Origin: an uncultured Actinomycetota bacterium
GTDB taxonomy: Bacteria; Actinomycetota; Actinomycetes; Streptosporangiales; Streptosporangiaceae
Reading direction: 5' to 3'
Length of the DNA stretch: 64,000 bases
Assembly: GCA_963850105.1 (NCBI GenBank)
Contig: CAWKKA010000004.1
Location: 874,206 to 938,205, forward strand
How positions within the stretch are numbered: position 1 is the first letter of the stretch; every line of letters starts with the position of its first letter. Positions 10,714-19,741 of this stretch are shown here, in pieces. A model generated the notes under the pieces. The model was not told where the DNA came from, made no database searches, and was given only the letters and a program-made list of their open reading frames with translations. The position numbers were made by a program, and so were the translations under genes.

Positions 10714-11925
10714 ATGGCTGACGCACCTACCAGAATCTCTGCCCGGATTGCCGCCATCACCGAGTCCGCCACGCTTGCCGTGGACGCCAAGGCCAAGGCG
10801 CTCAAGGCCGCCGGCCGCCCGGTTATCGGCTTCGGCGCCGGCGAACCGGACTTCCCCACGCCCGACTACATCGTCGAGTCGGCGCAGCGCGCTTGTGCTG
10901 AACCGAGATTCCACAAGTACACGCCAGCCGCCGGGCTGCCCGAGCTGCGAGAAGCGATCGCGGTGAAGTCAGCCCGTGACTCCGGCCTGGTCATCTCGCC
11001 TAATCAGGTTCTGGTGACCAACGGCGGCAAGCAGGCCGTCTTCCAAGCGTTCGCGACGCTGCTTGACCCCGGTGACGAGGTCTTGCTGCCGACTCCGTAC
11101 TGGACCACCTACCCGGAGTCCATCGCGCTGGCTGGCGGCGTCCCGGTGCTCGTCCGCGCCGATGAGACCAGCGGCTACCTGGTGACCGTCGACCAGCTTG
11201 AGGCGCACTGCAGCGACCGCACGAAGGTGCTGCTGTTTGTGTCGCCGTCAAACCCGACAGGAGCGGTGTACCCGCCCGAGCAGGTTGCCGAGATCGGCCG
11301 CTGGGCAGCCGAGCGCGGCATCTGGGTCGTCACCGACGAGATCTACGAGCACCTGGTGTACGGGGATGCGCGCTTTGTGTCTGTGCCCGTGGTCGCGCCC
11401 GAGATCGCAGACCGGTGCCTGGTACTCAACGGCGTCGCCAAGACCTACGCCATGACCGGCTGGCGGGTCGGCTGGATGGCAGGCCCAGCCGACGTCATCA
11501 AGGCGGCAGCCAACCTTCAGTCGCACGCCACGTCGAACGTGTGCAATGTCGCGCAGGCGGCCGCGCTCACTGCCGTGTCGGGTGACCTGTCAGCCGTCGC
11601 CGCGATGCGCGCGGCGTTCGACCGGCGGCGGCAGGTCATGACGTCGATGCTGAACGATGTGCCCGGCGTCGTCTGCCCGTTGCCCGAGGGTGCTTTCTAC
11701 TGCTACCCGTCGGTGAAGGGCGTCCTTGGCAAGCAGATCGCCGGCCAGCGGCCGACGACCTCCGGTCAGCTCGCCGAGCTGCTGCTCGACGAGGCCGACG
11801 TCGCGGTCGTGCCAGGCGAGGCATTTGGCACGGACGGCTACTTCCGGCTGTCCTGCGCGCTCGGCGATGCCGACCTGGAGGAAGGCGTGTCGCGGCTCTC
11901 CAAGCTGCTGAGCACGGCTCACTAA
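10714..11925 (+). CDS. Pyridoxal-phosphate-dependent (aspartate-type) aminotransferase
   Basis: [20 protein letters not shown]...NPTGAVY...[16 protein letters not shown] (class I aminotransferase motifs). Confidence 0.9.
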   Translation: MADAPTRISARIAAITESATLAVDAKAKALKAAGRPVIGFGAGEPDFPTPDYIVESAQRACAEPRFHKYTPAAGLPELREAIAVKSARDSGLVISPNQVLVTNGGKQAVFQAFATLLDPGDEVLLPTPYWTTYPESIALAGGVPVLVRADETSGYLVTVDQLEAHCSDRTKVLLFVSPSNPTGAVYPPEQVAEIGRWAAERGIWVVTDEIYEHLVYGDARFVSVPVVAPEIADRCLVLNGVAKTYAMTGWRVGWMAGPADVIKAAANLQSHATSNVCNVAQAAALTAVSGDLSAVAAMRAAFDRRRQVMTSMLNDVPGVVCPLPEGAFYCYPSVKGVLGKQIAGQRPTTSGQLAELLLDEADVAVVPGEAFGTDGYFRLSCALGDADLEEGVSRLSKLLSTAH

Positions 11926-11945
11926 CCCGCTGGCAGACTTGGCTG

Positions 11946-12968
11946 ATGCCACGGCCGATTGCCGCGCTGCCGAAGGCGCACCTTCATCTGCACTTCACTG
12001 GGTCGATGCGGCACTCGACCCTCGTCGAACTCGCGGCCGAGCACCGAGTGCACTTGCCGGAATCACTGGCAGAGGAGTGGCCGCCGCGGCTCAGCGCCGC
12101 GGACGAACGCGGCTGGTTCCGGTTCCAGCGGCTCTACGACATCGCCAGGTCCGTTGTCCGGACGCCGTCCGATGTGCGTCGGCTAATCGCCGAGGCAGCA
12201 GACGACGAGCGCGCGGAAGGCTCAGGCTGGCTTGAGCTCCAGATCGACCCGTCAGGTTACGCGCATAGATTCGGCGGACTGACGCCGATGCTCGAGCTCG
12301 TACTGGAGTCCGCAAGGGCAGCGGCCCAGGCCACAGGCGTCGGCATCGGCATCATCGTGGCAGCCAACCGCACCAAGCATCCACTCGAGGCGCGCACGCT
12401 GGCGAGGCTCGCCGTCGCATACGCGGCGGACGGCGTGGTCGGCTTCGGCCTCAGCAGCGACGAGCGCCGCGGCACCGTTGCCGACTTCGTCCCGGCGTTC
12501 CGCATCGCTACGAGGGCCAACCTGCTGTCGGTCCCGCACGGCGGCGAACTGGCCGGCCCGGACAGCGTGCGCGCGTGCTTGGACAACTTGCAGGCGCACC
12601 GCATCGGGCACGGAGTGTCAGCCGCCACGGACGCAGTCCTTCTGCAGCGCCTCGCGCACAGCCAGACGACGCTGGAGGTCTGCCCGACGTCCAATGTTGC
12701 ACTCGGGGTCGCCGCCACGGCCCGCGACGTGCCCCTCCGGTCGCTGATCGAGGCCGGCGTGCCCGTCGCGCTCGGCGCCGATGATCCGCTGCTGTTTGGC
12801 CCTCGGCTCGCGGCGCAGTACGAGCTTGCGCGTCAGGTCTACGGGCTCACGGACGCCAGTCTCGCCGAGCTCGCCCGGATGTCGGTCCGTGGGTCAGCCG
12901 CCCCAGCAGCAGTTCAGAAGGGGCTCCTGGCGAACATCGACGCGTGGCTAGCTACGCCGTCGGAATGA
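11946..12968 (+). CDS. Adenosine/AMP deaminase family protein
   Basis: LPKAHLHLHFTGS metal-binding motif, ...HGGE..., ...GADDPLLF. Confidence 0.8.
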   Translation: MPRPIAALPKAHLHLHFTGSMRHSTLVELAAEHRVHLPESLAEEWPPRLSAADERGWFRFQRLYDIARSVVRTPSDVRRLIAEAADDERAEGSGWLELQIDPSGYAHRFGGLTPMLELVLESARAAAQATGVGIGIIVAANRTKHPLEARTLARLAVAYAADGVVGFGLSSDERRGTVADFVPAFRIATRANLLSVPHGGELAGPDSVRACLDNLQAHRIGHGVSAATDAVLLQRLAHSQTTLEVCPTSNVALGVAATARDVPLRSLIEAGVPVALGADDPLLFGPRLAAQYELARQVYGLTDASLAELARMSVRGSAAPAAVQKGLLANIDAWLATPSE

Positions 12969-12974
12969 CTAGCC

Positions 12975-14126
12975 TCACAACTCGACGCCCACAAGCGTGG
13001 GCTCGCTGACCAGCTCAACCCCGAATGCCGCCCGCACGCCGTCGCGGATCTGCCGCGCCAGCCGGATCAGGCTGGCCGTACTCGCGTCACCCGGGTTTGT
13101 CAGCGCCAGCGTGTGTTTCGTGGAGATGCGGGCTCCTGCCGGATCGTCGGCAAGCCTGAAGCCACGGCTGAAGCCAGCGTGCTCGATCAGCCATGCCGCG
13201 GACAGCTTGACCCGCTCGTCCGCTTCTGGCCAGTGCGGGATGGCAACCGCGCCGTTCGCGTCGGCAACGGCACCGGCGGCCAGGTCCCCATACTTGCGCG
13301 CACTTACGACCGGGTTGGTGAAGAACGAGCCGGCACTGCGCGTATCGACATCACAGTCGTCGAGCACCATGCCCTTGCCGCGGCGTAGCTCCAGGACCGC
13401 AGCACGCGCGTCGGCAAGCGGGACCTGGCCTCCCTCGGGCACGCCGAGCACTCGACTTAGCTCTCCATAGCGGACGGGCCCGGAGAGCGGGCCGGCCGCC
13501 AGCCGGAACGTGACGTCAAGCACGACGAACCTGCCGGTCGCCGTCGCCGGGTTCAGCGCGGCGCCGCGCGCTCCCCGCCCTGATCTGGAGCTCGCGCTCG
13601 CCTGCCGCTTGAACATGCTCGTCCGGTAGCCGAACTCGCAATCCGCTGCGCCGAGCCGTACGACCTGGTCAGTTAGCCGATCGTAGGCGCGCACGTGCGT
13701 AATGGTCTGCGCGACCTCCTGGCCGTAGGCGCCGACGTTCTGGATCGGGGTCGCGCCGGCGCGGCCGGGTATCCCGGACAGGCATTCCACGCCGGCCAGT
13801 CCGACAGCGACGCACTGCTGAACGAGCTCGTCCCAGTCCTGGCCCGACGCCGCCGTCACCTCGACGTTGTCCCCGGCATGGACGAAGTCCAGCCCGGTAT
13901 AGGCCACGAGCACGACGACGCCTGGATAGCCTTCGTCGGCGACGACGAGGTTGCTGCCGCCCCCCAGAACCAGGACAGGCTCGGCCCCGGCATCGGCGGC
14001 CCTGACCGCCTCGATCAGGTCCTTCTCCGTGCCCGCTTCGAGGAATCTGGCCGCCTGACCGCCCAGGCGCAAGGTCGTGTAGTCGGCCAGCCGGACCCGC
14101 TCGGTGGTTTGCACGCCAGTAAGCAT
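12975..14126 (-). CDS. murB: UDP-N-acetylenolpyruvoylglucosamine reductase
   Basis: MLTGVQTTERVRLADYTTLRLGGQAARFLEAGTEKDLIEAV...VLGGGSNLVVADEG...GIPGRAGATPIQNVGAYGQEV. The start was trimmed from the track ORF to the ATG at 14126. Confidence 0.9.
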   Translation of the reverse strand: MLTGVQTTERVRLADYTTLRLGGQAARFLEAGTEKDLIEAVRAADAGAEPVLVLGGGSNLVVADEGYPGVVVLVAYTGLDFVHAGDNVEVTAASGQDWDELVQQCVAVGLAGVECLSGIPGRAGATPIQNVGAYGQEVAQTITHVRAYDRLTDQVVRLGAADCEFGYRTSMFKRQASASSRSGRGARGAALNPATATGRFVVLDVTFRLAAGPLSGPVRYGELSRVLGVPEGGQVPLADARAAVLELRRGKGMVLDDCDVDTRSAGSFFTNPVVSARKYGDLAAGAVADANGAVAIPHWPEADERVKLSAAWLIEHAGFSRGFRLADDPAGARISTKHTLALTNPGDASTASLIRLARQIRDGVRAAFGVELVSEPTLVGVEL

Positions 14127-14242
14127 GCCGCACTCAGTCGGGTGGGCGTGGCAGCAGGGAGCGGCCGGATCCTGGTGGCTCCGGCCGCTCCGCGTGCTAT
14201 CCCAGCGCTGGCTGCGGCGCTGTGCCCGCTGGCACCGGGCAC

Positions 14243-15499
14243 TCAGGCCAGCGCTGCGACCTCGGCAAGGTCCGCGTCTGCAAGGTCGGCGTACTCGTCC
14301 TCGACAGAAGCCGCCGCCACGCCGGACCTGACCCGAAGGCACCGCTCGTACGCGGCAACCGTCTCCTGGCCGATCCTCGGCTCGGAGTACCGGGACCGGG
14401 CCCGGTCAGCGGCAGCGATGCCGTATGCCTGAAGCAGCGCCGGCCGCGACAGCAGCGCCCGGACGCGGTGCGCCAGCATCGCCGGATGTTCTGGCGCGAG
14501 CAGCAGGCCGCTGACACCATCGACCACAGCGTCGTTGTGGGCGCCGACGGCCGAGACGACTGCGGGCGTGCCACAGGCCATCGCCTTAATCGCGGCTGTG
14601 CCGTCCGGCTCGTAAGGCGACGCGCTGACCATAACGTCGGCCGACCTGAGGAGAGCAGGCAGCGCCGCCTGCTTGACGTCGCCGGCAAAGGTGATCCGGC
14701 TGCGGACGCCGATAACCGCAGCTAGCTGGGCCAGCTCTCGGAACGGTCCGGTCCTTGGCATGTGCCGGGCATCCGGGCCGCCGACGATGACCAGCTCAGC
14801 CTCGGGCAGCTGGGTAAGGGCGCGGAGTACAGACTCCAGGCCCCTCGTCGTCCCGTCGACCGCGAATGCGATCAGCCGGGGCCGGCTCCCGCGCTCAGCC
14901 CGCTCGCCGTCGGAGCTGAAGAGTTCGGTGTCGATGCCGCACGGGATGATCCGGACGGCCGACTTGGGGACGGCCAGCCTGGCGAGCTCGTCCGCCTCCG
15001 CGCCGGAGCGCGCCAGCACTGCGTCAACAGTGCGGCCGATCGACGCCTCGAGCTTGACTCGGCTGGCGCTGACGTCGGAGGCGGCGAGATTGCGTCGCTC
15101 CGCAGATCCAAGCGACTCGAACGTCTGGAGTACCGGCACGTCGAGGTCACGGGTGGCGCCGAGCGCAGCGAGCCCGGCTGTCCACGAGAACGCGTGCACG
15201 ACGTCTGGCTGCCTCACCCGCCAGTGGTCGGCCAGCTGGGCGGCGAACTCGGGCAGGTGCCTGGCGGTCTGCTCGGCCGACAGCGGCCGGGCCGGGCCGG
15301 CCACGATGTGCTCGGCCACTGCGCGGTTGCCCAGGATGGCCGTGCGCGGGCAGCCGGGGTTGTCGCGGCGTGTGTACAGGGTGACGCGGTGACCGTAGGC
15401 GGCGAGCGAGTGGGCAAGCGCAGTGGCCTGGCCAGACTGGCTGGCAGCGCCGTCGACGGGCGCGAGCGAGCTGTGTGTCGCGATGAGGGCGATCCTCAT
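14243..15499 (-). CDS. GT-B fold glycosyltransferase (GT4-like)
   Basis: MRIALIATHS...; EX7E-type motif YEPDGTAAIKAMACGTPAVVSAVG. An AGGAGG RBS precedes the ATG at 15499. Confidence 0.85.
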   Translation of the reverse strand: MRIALIATHSSLAPVDGAASQSGQATALAHSLAAYGHRVTLYTRRDNPGCPRTAILGNRAVAEHIVAGPARPLSAEQTARHLPEFAAQLADHWRVRQPDVVHAFSWTAGLAALGATRDLDVPVLQTFESLGSAERRNLAASDVSASRVKLEASIGRTVDAVLARSGAEADELARLAVPKSAVRIIPCGIDTELFSSDGERAERGSRPRLIAFAVDGTTRGLESVLRALTQLPEAELVIVGGPDARHMPRTGPFRELAQLAAVIGVRSRITFAGDVKQAALPALLRSADVMVSASPYEPDGTAAIKAMACGTPAVVSAVGAHNDAVVDGVSGLLLAPEHPAMLAHRVRALLSRPALLQAYGIAAADRARSRYSEPRIGQETVAAYERCLRVRSGVAAASVEDEYADLADADLAEVAALA

Positions 15500-15769
15500 G
15501 GAAGTGCCTCCTGGTGATGTGCAACGCCGCGACACAGCGCAATCACCAAGGGGCCAGACGTGAGGAAAGGCACACCCTCCGTGTGCACTGTGATCACTTA
15601 TACGGGGAAGAGGCCGGAAGACCGGCTCAGACCTCGTACCGCGTTGCCGCGGAATCAGTGCTTACGCCATGAGTGGCGTGAGGGCGTGCCTTCGTCGTAG
15701 ACACCGCTGACAGAGCTTATCCCCGTGGACCGCTGGCCACAAACACTGAGCGCCCCATATTTCGGGGTG

Positions 15770-16114
15770 TTATTCCTCTATGTACTGCTCGATGGTGTCG
15801 CTCTCGACCGGGACGTCGGCAGCCGAGTCAGTCTGACCGCTGTCCCGCATCTCGGTGATCAGGCCGCCCGGCACCAGCAGTCTGGAGAAGTTGTGCTGCC
15901 TGAGGTCAATCTCCTTGTGCTGGCCGTTGGCATTCAGCACCATGCGGCGACGTAGCCAGCCGTAGCCGCGCCGGGGGATGGCGACGCCCGCGAGCCCGGT
16001 GAGCATGAGGACCCAGCCGGCCACGTGGAAGCTGAAGAAGGAGGGCTGCGCAGTCACGGCGAAGGCGAGGATGGCGCCTATAGCCAAGACAGTCAGGGAT
16101 GTCGCGGTCTTCAT
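15770..16114 (-). CDS. Small membrane protein (DUF6458-like)
   Basis: Two predicted TM helices in MKTATSLTVLAIGAILAFAVTAQPSFFSFHVAGWVLMLTGLAGVAI, then an acidic tail. Confidence 0.6.
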   Translation of the reverse strand: MKTATSLTVLAIGAILAFAVTAQPSFFSFHVAGWVLMLTGLAGVAIPRRGYGWLRRRMVLNANGQHKEIDLRQHNFSRLLVPGGLITEMRDSGQTDSAADVPVESDTIEQYIEE

Positions 16115-16189
16115 CGGGGGTTCCCTTCATTAAGTAGTCGCCGACCAGAGCGCGAAGCCCGATAACCCTGCGGGGGCGCCGCTGCAGGC

Positions 16190-16999
16190 TCACGCCGACA
16201 TCGCCCGTGACCCGGTGAGGTGCTCGCGCAGGTACGACAGCGCCTCGGCGAGCAGCCGGGATACGTGCATCTGGGAAATGCCGAGCTGCGCGCCAATCTC
16301 GGCCTGCGTCATGTTGCCGTAGAAGCGCATGAGCAGGAGCTGCTGCTCGCGGTCGGGCAGCTGGTGCCAGTGCGCCCAGACGGCCTGCATGTCGATGACG
16401 TGCTCGAGCTGCGGGTCCTCATCACCCAGCAGGTCGCCCAGGCTGGTCGACCCGTCCTGCGTGGTAACCGGTGAGTCGAGCGACGCGGCCTGGAAGGCCA
16501 TGTCCGCCTGCCTGGCGTCGCGAACGTCCGCGGGGCTGATGTTCAGGTGCTGCGCGAGTTCGGCGTCAGACGGAATCCGGCCGAGCTCGTTGGTCAGTTC
16601 GGCGGCCGTGTTCCGCAGCTCGAGGCGTCGCTCCTGAAGCGAGCGTTTGACGTGGACCTGCCAGCGCTTATCGCGGAAGTGGCGCTTGATCTCGCCGCTT
16701 ACACACGGCTGCGCATAGCCGGCCAGACTCGCGCCGACACTGGGGTCGAAGTTGTTGATCGCCTTGAGCAGGCCCACGTAACCGACCTGCATGAGCTCCT
16801 CTTGCGACTCGGTGCTGTTCTTATAGCGGAGCACACACGAGCGGACGAGCGGCCGGTACCGGGTGACGAGCACCTCGCAGGCCGCGTCGCGCAGGCTGTC
16901 GCCGCGCGGCAGGGACTGAATCGTAGTCAGCAGCTCGGCGTCATCGAGTTCCTCGAGATCTGCCGGCCGCATCGTCACTGACGTAGCCATCGTCAACAT
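16190..16999 (-). CDS. SigB/SigF/SigG-group RNA polymerase sigma factor
   Basis: LVRSCVLRYKNSTESQEELMQVGYVGLLKAINNFD (region 2), KRHFRDKRWQVHVKRSLQE (region 3), MTQAEIGAQLGISQMHVSRLL (region 4 HTH). The start was chosen at the ATG at 16999, 5 nt after AGGAG. The track start at 17005 is a GTG. Confidence 0.9.
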   Translation of the reverse strand: MLTMATSVTMRPADLEELDDAELLTTIQSLPRGDSLRDAACEVLVTRYRPLVRSCVLRYKNSTESQEELMQVGYVGLLKAINNFDPSVGASLAGYAQPCVSGEIKRHFRDKRWQVHVKRSLQERRLELRNTAAELTNELGRIPSDAELAQHLNISPADVRDARQADMAFQAASLDSPVTTQDGSTSLGDLLGDEDPQLEHVIDMQAVWAHWHQLPDREQQLLLMRFYGNMTQAEIGAQLGISQMHVSRLLAEALSYLREHLTGSRAMSA

Positions 17000-17044
17000 C
17001 TCCACTCCTACGTGCGGCGGGAGGGGGCCCGCACGCGAGGGATC

Positions 17045-17068
17045 GTGCCCTCTGTGCGCGGCTCAAAC
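17045..17068 (-). promoter_or_regulatory. Relaxed SigB/F-type motif GTTTGA-N12-GGGCAC upstream of the sigma gene
   Basis: The minus strand reads gtttga (17063-17068), a 12-nt spacer, gggcac (17045-17050). It lies about 45 nt upstream of the sigma start. Confidence 0.2.
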
Positions 17069-17100
17069 ATGTGACCGCGAACGTATGGCCCGCCGCGTGA

Positions 17101-17169
17101 CGCCATCCCGGTCCGCCATGTGCCGCCATCCCGGACCGCCGCGCGCCGCCGTCCCGGACCGCCGCGCGG
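17101..17169. repeat. 23-bp tandem repeat x3 upstream of the sigma factor gene
   Basis: The cores cgccatcccggtccgcc, cgccatcccggaccgcc and cgccgtcccggaccgcc begin at 17101, 17124 and 17147. Confidence 0.8.
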
Positions 17170-17425
17170 GCATACACGCGCCACGCCTAACCCCGCCCAC
17201 CTGCGGATTCGCCGCGTACAGCGGGGGGCGGATCCTCGTCGGAATCGGCCGGCTATCGTCAAGGCGGCGCACGACCTACGGGGGCGTAGGCAAGCAATGC
17301 AATAGGCGAGTATCGGCTTGCCATGAACTTCACAATGCCGGGATCCTGCGGGCACTCCCCTGCGTCAGGTCAGCGTTAGCTGGTGAGCTAGGGACGGATG
17401 TCCCATAACTCCCGGGGGCAACCGA

Positions 17426-18700
17426 ATGCTTGAGCCGCAAAGTACTGTGCTTTTTGTCCTGCTGATCCTGATATTCGGCGGGCTTATCTGGTGGCTGGTG
17501 CGTACCCGTCACCTGGCACTGCGCATCGCCGCGGCATGCCTGTCGTTTGTCATCGCCATGCAGTTCGGGGTCCTGGCCGTCAACAAGTACTACGGCTACT
17601 ACACGACGTGGGGCGCGGCGATCGCCGACCTCTCCAACCAGAGCGCCTACTCCGGACCGTCGGTTTCCTCGGGCAGCCTGCTGGTCGGCAATCGCAGCGT
17701 GGCACTCGACCGGCGCACGGTGTACCTGAGGCTCGCTCTCCAGCAGGGCTACACGCTAAGCCTCAAGGTGGCGGGGAAGCAGAGCCAGATCTCCAGAACT
17801 GCGTACGTCTACCTGCCGCCTGCGTACTTCGAAAAGCAGTACGCGCATTACCGGTTCCCCGTCATCGAGCTCATTCCCGGCCAGCCAGGCGAACCGCAGG
17901 ACTGGATTAACGTCGTCGGCATTCAGGTGACGCTGGAAGACCTGATCAGGCGTGGCTACGCCAAGCCCGCGGTCCTCGTCATGCCGGACGCCAACGGAAG
18001 CACCGGAATCTCCCTCCAGTGCCTCAACCAGGTCCGTGGCCCGCAGGACCTTACCTATCTGGCGCTGGACGTGCCGCAGGCTATCTCGCGTCTGCTGCGC
18101 GTGCAGCAGCCCGGTAACGGCTGGGGCGTAGCCGGCTTCTCCGAAGGCGGCTTCTGCGCCGTCAACATGGCTTTGCGCTACCGGTACCGGTACGGCTTCG
18201 CCGCCTCCATGAGCGGCTACTTCGCCCCGATGCTCAATAGGCTGGTCAACCCGAACCGGCTGGTAGACCCTTTCGGGGGCAACCAGCAGCTCCGGGCGCA
18301 AAACACGCCCATCGACGAGGTGCGGGCGCTAGCCCCAGGCGCGCTCCTGCCTTACTTCTGGCTCGGCGCGGGCCAGGGGGACCAGGCTGACGTCAATGGC
18401 GCCGAGTACTTCGCGCAGCTGCTCCAGGTGCACCAGGCCAGCGTGCCGGTGGACATCACTCCAGGCGGCGGGCACACCATGGGGACGTGGCATGCGGAGG
18501 TGCCGGCGATGCTGGCATGGATGACCAGCGGATTGACCAAGGCCGTGCGCAACGATCAGCGCATAGCCCGACTCCAGGCCATCGCGCTTGCGCGGAGCAA
18601 GCAGTCGTCCGCTGGGCTCCGGCACTCGGTCAAGCCGGGCCAGTCCTCGAGCCAGAAGCCCGCCAGCCATCCGTCGCCGAAACCGTCCGCAAGCCGTTAA
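17426..18700 (+). CDS. Membrane-anchored esterase-family alpha/beta hydrolase
   Basis: N-terminal TM helices. YVYLPPAY...VIELIPGQPG...VAGFSEGGFCAVNMAL carries a GxSxG nucleophile elbow. The C-terminal tail is Ser/Pro-rich. Confidence 0.75.
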   Translation: MLEPQSTVLFVLLILIFGGLIWWLVRTRHLALRIAAACLSFVIAMQFGVLAVNKYYGYYTTWGAAIADLSNQSAYSGPSVSSGSLLVGNRSVALDRRTVYLRLALQQGYTLSLKVAGKQSQISRTAYVYLPPAYFEKQYAHYRFPVIELIPGQPGEPQDWINVVGIQVTLEDLIRRGYAKPAVLVMPDANGSTGISLQCLNQVRGPQDLTYLALDVPQAISRLLRVQQPGNGWGVAGFSEGGFCAVNMALRYRYRYGFAASMSGYFAPMLNRLVNPNRLVDPFGGNQQLRAQNTPIDEVRALAPGALLPYFWLGAGQGDQADVNGAEYFAQLLQVHQASVPVDITPGGGHTMGTWHAEVPAMLAWMTSGLTKAVRNDQRIARLQAIALARSKQSSAGLRHSVKPGQSSSQKPASHPSPKPSASR

Positions 18701-18735
18701 CAGTGCGAAGCCCTCCGCTGGCCCGTTAGCGCGCC

Positions 18736-18759
18736 GTTTAGACGCGTACCTGCGGGTAG
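18736..18759 (+). promoter_or_regulatory. SigB/F-type promoter-like motif GTTTAG-N12-GGGTAG
   Basis: gtttag (18736-18741), a 12-nt spacer, gggtag (18754-18759). It lies 110 nt upstream of the 18870 start. Confidence 0.35.
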
Positions 18760-18869
18760 CTTTCGATCAGCCAGACCACGCCGGCTCCGAGCGCCCGGCT
18801 CGGCACTCGCACTAGGCGCTCTGGCTGCGGGCGATCACGGCGATCGCCTGGGTACCCCCGGAGGCACTG

Positions 18870-19064
18870 ATGCGGATCATCGGAATATTGCTAGTTATCT
18901 GGCTGATCATCGGCTTGTTCGCTGGCTTGCAGCGGCACTACTACAGCGGCGCCGTGAGCTGTGCCAAGGCGGGCACCGTCGCCGCTACCATCGCCGCGGG
19001 CCCGCTGAACTACGTGGGCGCGAATCCCAAGGTCCACTGCGCCGTCCCGCAGCCGAGCAGTTGA
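18870..19064 (+). CDS. Small membrane protein, unknown function
   Basis: MRIIGILLVIWLIIGLFAGL is a TM helix. A GGAGG RBS is present. Confidence 0.5.
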   Translation: MRIIGILLVIWLIIGLFAGLQRHYYSGAVSCAKAGTVAATIAAGPLNYVGANPKVHCAVPQPSS

Positions 19065-19196
19065 CACTGCGGGGCAACCGGCATTCGTAGCTGCTGCATT
19101 CTCGCGAGCGCGGTCCGCCTATCAGCCAGCGCCGCGACCCAGGTCGACGGCTAAGCGACCCGTGGTCCGTGCTCGGCGGAAGGGAAGGAGATCGCG

Positions 19197-19700
19197 GTGA
19201 GCGATCCGAAGTGCCCATCCCCGAGCGCGGACTGGCGGAACGAGACGCAACACGAGCGCGACGACCGCAACCTTGCCGAGTTGCTTCAGGAGCTGCGCGT
19301 CGCCGGGCTCGGCGTACAGGTTCTGTTCGGCTTCTTGCTCGCTCTGCCGTTCACAGTCCGTTTCAGCCGACTCAGCCCCGCTCAGCGCGACCTGTATGTA
19401 GCCGACATCGTGCTCGCCGCCATCGCCACGGCCACCCTGGTCGGTCCTGTTGCGTATCACCGGGTGGTCTTCCGGCAGCACCAGAAGGAACGCCTAGTCA
19501 AGATCGCCAACGTGATGGCCCTTGCCGGCCTGGCCATCGTGGCCCTCGCGGTCTCCGGCGCCGTATTGCTAGTGGTCAGTTTCGTCGTGCCGGGCGCGCC
19601 GACTGCGGTCATCAGCGTCTGTGTGTTCCTCACGTTTATCGTCTTGTGGCTTGCAGTGCCTGTGGCGAGGCGCGAGCGCGAGCCGTCGCCCGATGACTGA
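19197..19700 (+). CDS. DUF6328-like membrane protein
   Basis: RNLAELLQELRVAGLGVQVLFGFLLALPF...HRVVFRQHQKE... GTG start with a GGAAGGAG RBS. Confidence 0.7.
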   Translation: MSDPKCPSPSADWRNETQHERDDRNLAELLQELRVAGLGVQVLFGFLLALPFTVRFSRLSPAQRDLYVADIVLAAIATATLVGPVAYHRVVFRQHQKERLVKIANVMALAGLAIVALAVSGAVLLVVSFVVPGAPTAVISVCVFLTFIVLWLAVPVARREREPSPDD

Positions 19701-19741
19701 CCGAGCGGCCGTTAGCGCAGCGGCTGGCACGCAACTGCTAG

